Below, one piece after another: positions 18,250 to 25,350 of a stretch of 32,000 nt of DNA. Numbering within the stretch: the stretch's first letter is position 1; the number at the start of each line of letters is the position of its first letter. The position numbers and the translations under genes are program-made. The notes beneath the pieces are model-generated. The model was not told the origin of the DNA. It was given only the letters and a program-made list of their open reading frames with translations, and searched no databases. Origin of the DNA: Raphidiopsis brookii D9 (GTDB taxonomy: Bacteria > Cyanobacteriota > Cyanobacteriia > Cyanobacteriales > Nostocaceae); assembly GCA_000175855.1 (NCBI GenBank), contig ACYB01000004.1, positions 1-32,000 on the forward strand, read 5' to 3'.

Positions 18250-19299
18250 ATGGTGGCGGTTTTAGATGACACTAAAAAGAATTCCATGGCGGTAAAACTG
18301 GGTGATATGAAATTACTCCAACAGTTATTACTGGATAACGAGGAAAGATTTTTGCTAGAATGTACCGATGGCGAAATAGCAGGAATTATTTCCAGAATGC
18401 TAAATGATGACCGGAAAAACCTAGCCCTTCTTAATACTGTGGTTGACCAGTTTGGTATGGAAAAAAATGCCGAACCCACGGTGCTGCAAACAGTTGAAAA
18501 GGTTCGTCAACTAATGGCAAGCGAAGAACTCAGTTTTTTTGATAAAGTCTTTCAACATGAACTGTTAAAGCATCAACAGGTAATGAATGGAACAACAATT
18601 CATAAAGCCGCTCAGAAGGTCGGCGCTGATATCATGGTAGCAATTAGACCTTTAAGTGCCATTAATTCGGAAAATCGTACGCACCAAGAACAATTAAAAG
18701 GAATTTTAGAAATCCTCGGTGTCCGAGAACTAACAGGACAAGACGCAGACCAGGGTATCTGGTCTCGGGTTCAAGACGCAATTGCTGCAATTACTGGTGC
18801 GGTTACCCCCGGTCATGAAAGGGAAAAAGTTACTATCCAGGATGCTATCCGCCAAGATCACAATCAGCTGAATATATTGTTCACAGACTTAATGCAAAGC
18901 AATGACTCCCAAAAAATTCAGGAATGTTTTGTAAAAATTAACCAGCTTCTCACTGTTCATATAGCCGCTGAAGAGGAAGTGGTTTATCCACAAGTCCGTG
19001 GGTTTTATGGGGAAGAAAATACTCAACAACTATACGACCAACACGCTCTTTGGATTCCCTGGTGGGAAGAACTCAGATTGATTAGTCCTAGCACACCAGA
19101 ATTTAAAAATAGACTTAGAGAAATTTGGGACCATGTTACCAATCATATTCGCCAAGAGGAAAATACAATGCTTGTGGCCATTGACAACAATATGAGTAGT
19201 AAAGAAACTGAACAGTTGGCTGCAAGATTTGTTTCGGTTAAGAATCAACTTGAGAAAAGAAATACAGGCGCTTATTATAGCCTTAGACAAAACGCCTAA
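18250..19299 (+). CDS. Two-domain protein with C-terminal hemerythrin (HHE cation-binding) domain
   Basis: 349 aa. C-terminal half has H..L, HIAAEEEVVYP and HIRQEENTML spacing typical of hemerythrin. N-terminal helical half is unassigned. AAGGAGG lies ~10 nt upstream of the ATG. Confidence 0.65.
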   Translation: MVAVLDDTKKNSMAVKLGDMKLLQQLLLDNEERFLLECTDGEIAGIISRMLNDDRKNLALLNTVVDQFGMEKNAEPTVLQTVEKVRQLMASEELSFFDKVFQHELLKHQQVMNGTTIHKAAQKVGADIMVAIRPLSAINSENRTHQEQLKGILEILGVRELTGQDADQGIWSRVQDAIAAITGAVTPGHEREKVTIQDAIRQDHNQLNILFTDLMQSNDSQKIQECFVKINQLLTVHIAAEEEVVYPQVRGFYGEENTQQLYDQHALWIPWWEELRLISPSTPEFKNRLREIWDHVTNHIRQEENTMLVAIDNNMSSKETEQLAARFVSVKNQLEKRNTGAYYSLRQNA

Positions 19300-19317
19300 A
19301 AACAACTAACAAACTAA

Positions 19318-19342
19318 CCGTCCATCCACAACAGATGGACGG
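19318..19342. terminator. Bidirectional stem-loop between the convergent hemerythrin gene and psbJ
   Basis: CCGTCCATC / CACAACA / GATGGACGG: a 9-10 bp perfect stem. T-rich on the plus side (TTTAATCTT) and on the minus side (TTAGTTTGTTAGTTGTTTTT). Confidence 0.55.
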
Positions 19343-19393
19343 TTTAATCTTGCTTATTCAGCTCATCAGACAAAAATGCGGATCAGGTTTTGA

Positions 19394-19513
19394 TTACAAT
19401 GAAGAACCAAGTCCGGCGTAGGCTCCGTAAAAGAAAATACCTACAACAGTAATTACACCTAAACCCGCGACTGTGGCAACAACCCACAGGGGAATTCTCC
19501 CGCCTCCAGACAT
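19394..19513 (-). CDS. psbJ: Photosystem II protein PsbJ
   Basis: Hand translation: [39 protein letters not shown]. Too short for the ORF track. Last gene of psbEFLJ. Confidence 0.9.
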   Translation of the reverse strand: MSGGGRIPLWVVATVAGLGVITVVGIFFYGAYAGLGSSL

Positions 19514-19575
19514 GGTTTTTTCCTCCCTTAACAAATCAACAAAAAATCAGCAGTATGTTTCCAGCTCGTTAACAG

Positions 19576-19695
19576 TTAGTTAAAGAAGTAACTGGAAAAT
19601 AGAATCCCTAGAACGAAAATTAATAACAGTCCTAGGTATAAAGAAGTACGGTTTAGTTCAACAGGTTGTTGATTAGGATTAGGCGTTCTTTCCAT
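19576..19695 (-). CDS. psbL: Photosystem II protein PsbL
   Basis: Hand translation: [39 protein letters not shown]. Confidence 0.95.
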   Translation of the reverse strand: MERTPNPNQQPVELNRTSLYLGLLLIFVLGILFSSYFFN

Positions 19696-19704
19696 GATTT
19701 ACTC

Positions 19705-19842
19705 CTAGCGTTGAATAAACTGCATTGCTGCGATCGCACCCAAGAAGAAGACCGTTGGTACACCCAGGGTGTGAACTGCTAGCCATCTCACCGTAAAAAT
19801 TGGATAAGTAACAGGTTGATTGACGTTATTGCTGGTAGCCAT
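19705..19842 (-). CDS. psbF: Cytochrome b559 beta subunit PsbF
   Basis: Hand translation: [45 protein letters not shown], with the heme-ligand His in WLAVHTLG. Confidence 0.95.
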   Translation of the reverse strand: MATSNNVNQPVTYPIFTVRWLAVHTLGVPTVFFLGAIAAMQFIQR

Positions 19843-19851
19843 GTTCTTAAA

Positions 19852-20100
19852 TTACTTTGCGATAAATGTTTCTACTTGTTTCTTAGCTTCATAACGGTTG
19901 CTAACAATTGGTACTTCTTGACGCACTTGAGTAAAATACTCATTAGGACGAGGTGTACCAAATACATCATAAGCCAGACCTGTGCTGACAAACAACCATC
20001 CAGCGACAAATAAAGCAGGAATGGTGATGCTATGAATTACCCAGTAACGAATACTGGTTACAATGTCCGAAAATGGACGTTCTCCAGTGGTACCTGACAT
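19852..20100 (-). CDS. psbE: Cytochrome b559 alpha subunit PsbE
   Basis: 82-aa [34 protein letters not shown].. with the conserved heme-ligand His context. Confidence 0.97.
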   Translation of the reverse strand: MSGTTGERPFSDIVTSIRYWVIHSITIPALFVAGWLFVSTGLAYDVFGTPRPNEYFTQVRQEVPIVSNRYEAKKQVETFIAK

Positions 20101-20132
20101 TTAGACTACTACCTTTGCAAAAACTACTATTG

Positions 20133-20141
20133 ATTCTATCA
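20133..20141 (-). promoter_or_regulatory. Candidate extended -10 element (TGATAGAAT) for psbEFLJ
   Basis: Minus-strand TGATAGAAT ~32 nt upstream of the psbE ATG. No clear -35. This is a sequence-only guess. Confidence 0.25.
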
Positions 20142-20253
20142 AAAAAAGGTCATAGTCCCCATTATATTTGGAAGGGAGGTGCTATAAAAGCACCTTAGTG
20201 ATTAAGCCTAAGTTTGGCTTGATATTTTTCTACCACTAACTATGAGCTAATCT

Positions 20254-20590
20254 TTACTTAGCTTTATCAGCTTGCTCTACAGCTGCTTGAGATGCAGCCG
20301 TAGTACCCATACGAATTTCGGAAGTAAAGGAGGCCATACTAAAACCCCCAAAACGTTTAAGCACTCCCACACGCATCCGCAAATTGGGACTAGCAAACCA
20401 TAGCCGCTCTTCCGAGGACATGGTTTCATACTCTGTGATCAGAGTTAATGCACCATCGTTACCCATCTTATAGGTTCCAGCTACTGGCATTTTTTCTGCA
20501 TAACCCATTTCCCTCAATAGTTTACCTTCACCCGGTTTAAGTAAGTCGGGTACAGTGACTAAAACTGTGGAACCTTCATGTTTTGGTTGA
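20254..20590 (-). CDS. cpcS: Phycobiliprotein bilin lyase CpcS/CpeS family, exon 2 (5' boundary ambiguous, 20584-20590)
   Basis: The frame is open from 20604 and has no ATG (the track start is TTG). It encodes ..[61 protein letters not shown].., the C-terminal half of CpcS. Confidence 0.75.
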
Positions 20591-20627
20591 GTCGATGGAG
20601 GGTATTATCCTTCGCACCTCTCGTTTA

Positions 20628-20661
20628 AATCTGGGCGTGCGATTTTCACCGCACCCAGCTT
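20628..20661 (-). ncRNA. Group II intron domain V
   Basis: AAGCUGGGUGCGGUGAAAAUCGCACGCCCAGAUU: lower helix CUGGGU/GCCCAG, AC bulge, upper helix GCGGU/AUCGC and GAAA tetraloop, with AGC at the 5' base. Confidence 0.85.
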
Positions 20662-20670
20662 CCGATGTTC

Positions 20671-21792
20671 TTAGCTATAGCTTTTGCCTGGAGTGTTATA
20701 AAGGGTGTAACTTTGAACCTTACCATTTCCAGGAGAGTTTTGACTGGAGTTTACTTGTGGAAACGCCTTATTTATCAGTTGCTTACTGATTTGTCGGTTT
20801 TGTTTTGTTTCGCGATTAAACACCTTGAAAGCTCTGTACTTTATATGGTAGAGGGAAAATCTCGCCCCACTCATGTTGCAGTGGCGATGGTAATTTCTCC
20901 ACTCTCCTACGATCAAGCTCAATTTCTGTGCCTTGATAGTAGCTCCATAATTCGAGTTGTTGACTATGTGTTTCACTTTCTGGCGAAAAGCTTGGAAGTC
21001 TTTTAGTCCGGGGACACATCTCAACTTTCCGTTTTTTTGCACCTGAAAATGCCAAGTGAGAAAATCAAACCCATCTGTCGCTGCAATTAGTTTGGTTTCT
21101 TCCGTAGCTAATTCTATGCCATATTTTGCCAGGGAATGACGAACAGTGTCAAGTATTGTTTCTGGATGATCCTGGGGTTGGAGGATAATCACTATTTCGC
21201 TCCCATACCAAACTAATTTGCCTATATCTTCTATTCCCTTGAAGAAAATATTAGCCAGCAAGGAGGTTATCGGGTTCTCCGCTAAAACACATTCTGACCT
21301 AATCCCCCGTTTGATTTCCACAGGAGCTATTAGTCTTTTGCAAATTGCTCTTGGGTTGATTTTTTCCAGAGATTTCCCCAAATCAATTTTGATCACTCTT
21401 GTTTGATGACCAGGAATTTCCGATAGATATACTTGTAACATTATTTGTACATCCTGGGGGGAAAATCCTCGTTTCCATCCATAACTGTGGAGGTGGAAAT
21501 TAGTTTCATGAGCTGGCTCTAAGGCGTATTTAATCACCCAATGCCATGCTTGTTGTCTAATGGTAGGGGATAAAACCTCTGTAAGAGAATTTGCCTGTAA
21601 TACTTGACGAATGGCCAGTAATTGTGCTGACGTAGATTTTAAGATTAGCTTTTGAAGAGACTTAGCCTTGCGCAGGTCTCCAACTCGAACGGCTTTGTAC
21701 ACTCGTTTTTGTAAGCGGAAGAGATTGCGGCGAAATTGTCGCCAGGGTAACCTCTGCCAAGATTCACTAACATTTCTGTTGTGTCTAATCAT
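20671..21792 (-). CDS. Group II intron-encoded protein, degenerate RT / maturase-like (no YADD, no En domain)
   Basis: 373 aa. RT-0 region SWQRLPWRQFRRNLFRLQKRVYKA..LLAIRQV, LEP..SYGW.RG (RT2/3), GFDFLTWHF (RT7), and X/thumb-like LIVGEWRNYHRHC. The YADD position reads WYGSEIVII. Confidence 0.8.
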   Translation of the reverse strand: MIRHNRNVSESWQRLPWRQFRRNLFRLQKRVYKAVRVGDLRKAKSLQKLILKSTSAQLLAIRQVLQANSLTEVLSPTIRQQAWHWVIKYALEPAHETNFHLHSYGWKRGFSPQDVQIMLQVYLSEIPGHQTRVIKIDLGKSLEKINPRAICKRLIAPVEIKRGIRSECVLAENPITSLLANIFFKGIEDIGKLVWYGSEIVIILQPQDHPETILDTVRHSLAKYGIELATEETKLIAATDGFDFLTWHFQVQKNGKLRCVPGLKDFQAFRQKVKHIVNNSNYGATIKAQKLSLIVGEWRNYHRHCNMSGARFSLYHIKYRAFKVFNRETKQNRQISKQLINKAFPQVNSSQNSPGNGKVQSYTLYNTPGKSYS

Positions 21793-22348
21793 ACTTTAAC
21801 TCCAACTTGTGTATTCTGAACACCTCCGACCAATTACGGTCAGTCCTACCCGAAGTGAGGGAATTTTGCTTCTCGTCAAGCCTACTTGGGTTTTAACCTT
21901 CCCTAGACCCTCAATTCGTTTTTATTCGTTCCCCCGGTTAGATTGTTAGTTTCCTTAGGTGTAGTCAATTCAACTACTGGTTTCCCAAGACTCTGACCGC
22001 TAATCCAAGAAAATGCGGCGGGAAATATATCCAGTCAAGTCGGGTTTTAATATTGTGTCCCGCTTATGGGTAAGTTGCTTTTTTAGACTCTGTTTCACCG
22101 TAGAAACACCCCATTAGCACCAGTGTCATCCCACAACGGATGTCTGATTGCACCCTGTTCCCAGCTTCACCCTCCAGTTACCGAGTCTGGTCAGTGTGGG
22201 CAGATCGGGAGTCACACCTGAGTCTGGTGGATGGGACTTTCACCCATATCCAACTGAGAGTTCAACCTTCATCTACGTTCTATTAATAGTTGAGGTTGGT
22301 GAGGTTATTACGGATTAGTTACCGATGTTAGCCCACAACGAATCGCAC

Positions 22349-22581
22349 TCTTGGTCCCATTCCATGGTTCCTTTCCAGGTGACTCTTGCTCCACAAGAAG
22401 CTGCATCGGGAATAATGGAATACTGTTCACACAGTTTAATTACTTCTGGATGGTCTACGGTGAGTATGTCTATTACAATGTCTGATTTACCATCTTCTGA
22501 CTGTTTAAAGGCTAAATGGTGGCTAGTACGGTGGGAAAACCACTTTCCAGCACTTAATTCGAAAAACTCTTCCACATTCAT
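22349..22581 (-). CDS. cpcS: Phycobiliprotein bilin lyase CpcS/CpeS family, exon 1 (77 codons + 2 nt)
   Basis: ATG at 22581. [49 protein letters not shown]. The reading frame then runs into the intron ([10 protein letters not shown]). Confidence 0.85.
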
Positions 22582-22665
22582 GAATCTAATTATCCTAGAG
22601 GAAAATAGCTACTAAAGAAAATATACTCAAATATTTCCAATATTTCCATTTTAATCGGTTAACGA

Positions 22666-23364
22666 CTAGACCATAGGCCCAAATTTCATACTCCACTTCA
22701 CAGTGGACTTTTTTTTTAGGGATATGGTTGCAGCTTGAGAAACATGGGGATGACTATCCTTTTCTAAGTATTTTAGAGCTGAAATACTTTTAGCTGTGGG
22801 TAGGTTCCCTAGGGCTTCTGCTAATCGTTGTCTAACTAACCAGTCCTCTGATTGTACAAATCGCAAAATATGATCTACTGACTCAATTGACCTAATTTCT
22901 CCTAACGCTGAAATCGCTGCTTGCTGAATTACTATCTCCTCACTATCCAAAGCTTTAATTAGAATATTATATGCACGCTTATCTTTTATATTACCCAAGG
23001 CTACTGCTGCACTAAATCTAACTAACCATTCCGTATCTTCGTAGAAAGCTCTTGACAAAGGTTCTACTGCTCTATTATCTCCTAAATATCCTAGAGCCCC
23101 AGCTGCATCCGCACGAATCCCATAATCGGGATCGGTTTCTAGAATTCTCACTAGAATGGAATAACATTCTGAAGTTGATTTAATTCCTAATGCAAACACT
23201 GCCATAGAGCGTAGCTGTATGGATTCGTCATTAAGAACTTTTTTGATTAGGGGAACTGCATCCTCCGCAGGAACATGTCGTAATTGTGTTAGAGCTATCA
23301 TGCGATCGCGCAAGTTCGGACTTGCTAACTGGGTGGAAATTTCCTCTAAGCTGGGAACATTCAT
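22666..23364 (-). CDS. PBS-lyase HEAT-like repeat protein (CpcE/NblB-like)
   Basis: 232 aa. Reiterated HEAT-like units (RSMAVFALGIK, RADAAGALGYLGDNRAVEPL, VRFSAAVALGNIKDKRA, QQAAISALGEIRSIESV, VRQRLAEALGNLPTAKS). Confidence 0.75.
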   Translation of the reverse strand: MNVPSLEEISTQLASPNLRDRMIALTQLRHVPAEDAVPLIKKVLNDESIQLRSMAVFALGIKSTSECYSILVRILETDPDYGIRADAAGALGYLGDNRAVEPLSRAFYEDTEWLVRFSAAVALGNIKDKRAYNILIKALDSEEIVIQQAAISALGEIRSIESVDHILRFVQSEDWLVRQRLAEALGNLPTAKSISALKYLEKDSHPHVSQAATISLKKKSTVKWSMKFGPMV

Positions 23365-23424
23365 TATTACATCACTTTTCCATCAATACCTATTCTAGTC
23401 TGATTTGAGCTGGGGGGAAATGTT

Positions 23425-24114
23425 TTATTTTAAACTGGGTGGTAAGAGCAAATTGTCAATTTGATGAATCACACCATTGCTGGCACTAATATCTGGTTTG
23501 ATGATTTTGGCGCTGGTGCCTTTAGACTGACCATCACTTACATATACACTTTTATTTTTAGTCCTTACTTGAATTTGTTCTCCTTGTAAGCTTTTAATTG
23601 CCCCCGCTTTTAATTCCTCAGCTCCGATTCTTCCCACCACTACATGGTATCTTAATATGTCTACTAAAACTTGTTTGTTTTTGGGTCTAAACAAGTTCTG
23701 TAGCTCCCTTTTAGGAACTTTAGCAAATGCTTCATCTGTGGGAGCGAAAATGGTGAATTGTTCACCCTCTTCTAGAGTTTTTATTAGTCCTCCCGCTTCT
23801 AAGGCCCTAATCAGGGTTTTAAAATTACCTGTAGACTTGGCTACCTCAATGAGATTTTTTGCCTCCGTATCTTCTGGTATAAATATCGGTAGTTCCGGAG
23901 ATTTTGGATCTGGACTGGTAGTGGGTTGGTCGGGGGTTGGTGGGGTAGTTATTGTGGGATTGGATTGAACTATCTCCACTTTACTCCCCAGAGATGGTAA
24001 ATCCACACCCAAACTGATACTGGTTAATGCCAAAATCCCCAGGAACCCGGTGAATACTTTGACCTGACCAAATCTCCAACTGTTTGTCAAATTAGCTCTC
24101 AGTTTAAATTTCAT
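23425..24114 (-). CDS. Secreted fasciclin (FAS1) domain protein
   Basis: 229 aa. N-terminal hydrophobic signal, a Pro/Thr-rich linker, and FAS1 motifs TIFAPTDEAFAKVP and NGVIHQIDNLLLP. Confidence 0.8.
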   Translation of the reverse strand: MKFKLRANLTNSWRFGQVKVFTGFLGILALTSISLGVDLPSLGSKVEIVQSNPTITTPPTPDQPTTSPDPKSPELPIFIPEDTEAKNLIEVAKSTGNFKTLIRALEAGGLIKTLEEGEQFTIFAPTDEAFAKVPKRELQNLFRPKNKQVLVDILRYHVVVGRIGAEELKAGAIKSLQGEQIQVRTKNKSVYVSDGQSKGTSAKIIKPDISASNGVIHQIDNLLLPPSLK

Positions 24115-24230
24115 AGATTTTGTTTGTTAGTTATTTTTTGCCGTTATTAGTTTAGTTGACCCGTATCATATTCTATGAGACTATGGGAGAAGAAATATTT
24201 AAAATATTTATTTCTATCCCAGGTGTTAAG

Positions 24231-24383
24231 GGTAATTAACTATTTATCCATTTACTAACTTTTATCAACTAATGCTATAGTTTAAGTATGGTTTACCTAT
24301 TGATTGGAAAAGCAGTCAAAATTTTAGGTAAATTAACTAGTTATCCACTTGCTAACTTTTGGCAACTGGTGCTAAACTAAAAA
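24231..24383 (+). repeat. Imperfect ~55-bp direct repeat (24231-24285 and 24327-24383) in the fasciclin/GST divergent intergenic region
   Basis: GGTAATTAACTATTTATCCATTTACTAACTTTTATCAACTAATGCTATAGTTTAA versus GGTAAATTAACTAGTTATCCACTTGCTAACTTTTGGCAACTGGTGCTAAACTAAA. Aligned by eye, the copies start ~96 bp apart. Confidence 0.8.
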
Positions 24384-24466
24384 CGTATTTTTCCTTAACC
24401 TAATACTGGGAACCAAAGTTGTGTTGAGGAAGTTTAAAACATTTAAGAGAATATAATTAAGAGAAT

Positions 24467-25261
24467 ATGCTGGAATTATATCAATGGGAATTATCTCACT
24501 ATTCTGAGAAAGTACGTCTATGCCTTGATTATAAAGGCTTGCAGTACCGCAAAATTGAAGTTACACCGGGGATAGGTCAGTTGGAGCTTTTCCGCTTGAC
24601 TGGACAAAAACAGGTTCCTGTGTTGAAAGATGGTAGTAACTATATTGTGGATTCTAGTGAAATCGCTAAGTATTTGGATCTGGAATATCCCGATCGCCCT
24701 TTAATACCCAAGGAGGAAAAAAAACGCGCCCAGGCACTATTATTAGAAGATTGGGCTGATGAAACCCTTGGTGTTCTGGGACGTAAAGCTTTTTTTGCTG
24801 CTGTTAGTCAAGACCTGTCTTTTCGTAAATCACTTTTACCTCTATCAACTCCGGACTTTCTCAAATCCGTAGTGGCGGGTGTTCCCGGTGATATTTTGAG
24901 TGTCTTAGGTGTGGGAGTTGGCTTCACTCCGGATGCAATTAAATCGGCGATCGCTAATTTGAAGCAAGATTTAGAAATCCTCATGGAACTATTATCGGAT
25001 AGTCCCTACCTATTGGGGGATGAACCCTGTATAGCAGATCTAGCTGTAGCGGGGTTATCAATACTATTGAAGTTCCCCACGGGTCCCTATTTAGATTTAC
25101 CCGAATCTCTTAGAGGCAAGGGTCTACCCATTCTAGCAGACAATCTTGATTATGAGCGATTTTTCACTTGGCGCGATCGCATTTATTCGCAATTCAGGAA
25201 ACCTTTAACGGGTCAAACTCCTGCTACCACTAGTGGTCTAAGTTCCATAGAAATTGATTAA
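24467..25261 (+). CDS. Glutathione S-transferase family protein
   Basis: 264 aa. N-terminal thioredoxin-like GST fold (KQVPVLKDGSNYIVDSSEIAKYL) and a helical C-terminal domain. Confidence 0.75.
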   Translation: MLELYQWELSHYSEKVRLCLDYKGLQYRKIEVTPGIGQLELFRLTGQKQVPVLKDGSNYIVDSSEIAKYLDLEYPDRPLIPKEEKKRAQALLLEDWADETLGVLGRKAFFAAVSQDLSFRKSLLPLSTPDFLKSVVAGVPGDILSVLGVGVGFTPDAIKSAIANLKQDLEILMELLSDSPYLLGDEPCIADLAVAGLSILLKFPTGPYLDLPESLRGKGLPILADNLDYERFFTWRDRIYSQFRKPLTGQTPATTSGLSSIEID

Positions 25262-25270
25262 ATAGGACTT

Positions 25271-25327
25271 GTTGGTGACCTGAGCCGGAACGCTATAGGC
25301 GTTCTGGCATCAACCAACTAATTTTTT
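25271..25327 (+). terminator. Long hairpin plus T-run downstream of the GST gene
   Basis: Inner stem CCGGAACGC/GCGTTCTGG (9 bp with one G-U, loop TATAG), outer GTTGG/CCAAC, followed by TAATTTTTT. Confidence 0.45.
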
Positions 25328-25350
25328 AGATCAACTGAAATGAGTTTAAA

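Larger units (their letters stand above)
20591..22348 (-). mobile_element. Group II intron (ORF-containing, probably IIB/chloroplast-like) inside cpcS
   Basis: 5' GUGCG at 22348-22344. Domain V at 20661-20628. Domain VI-like helix with a bulged A, ending ..AC at 20592-20591. GGGUGAAAGUCCC hairpin at 22245-22233. UCUUGG at 22010-22005 and 21990-21985 is complementary to the exon-1 end CCAAGA. The RT/maturase ORF sits in the domain IV position. Confidence 0.85.

Noticed and set aside
15402-19729. HIP1-free stretches (for example 15402-19729, 139-3771 and the intron) considered as horizontally acquired islands
   Set aside because: Equally long HIP1-free gaps cover undisputed core genes (map, rlmN and der between 3780 and 8635). 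The spacing is therefore not informative at this scale.
20583-21406. Plus-strand and out-of-frame ORFs inside the intron (20583..20789, 20665..21006, 20816..21055, 21218..21406)
   Set aside because: They overlap the intron RNA domains and the IEP ORF on the other strand or frame. None has a recognisable motif. The region is explained by the group II intron.
22325-22615. 96-aa plus-strand ORF
   Set aside because: It is antisense to cpcS exon 1, which has a strong family match, so it is a shadow ORF.
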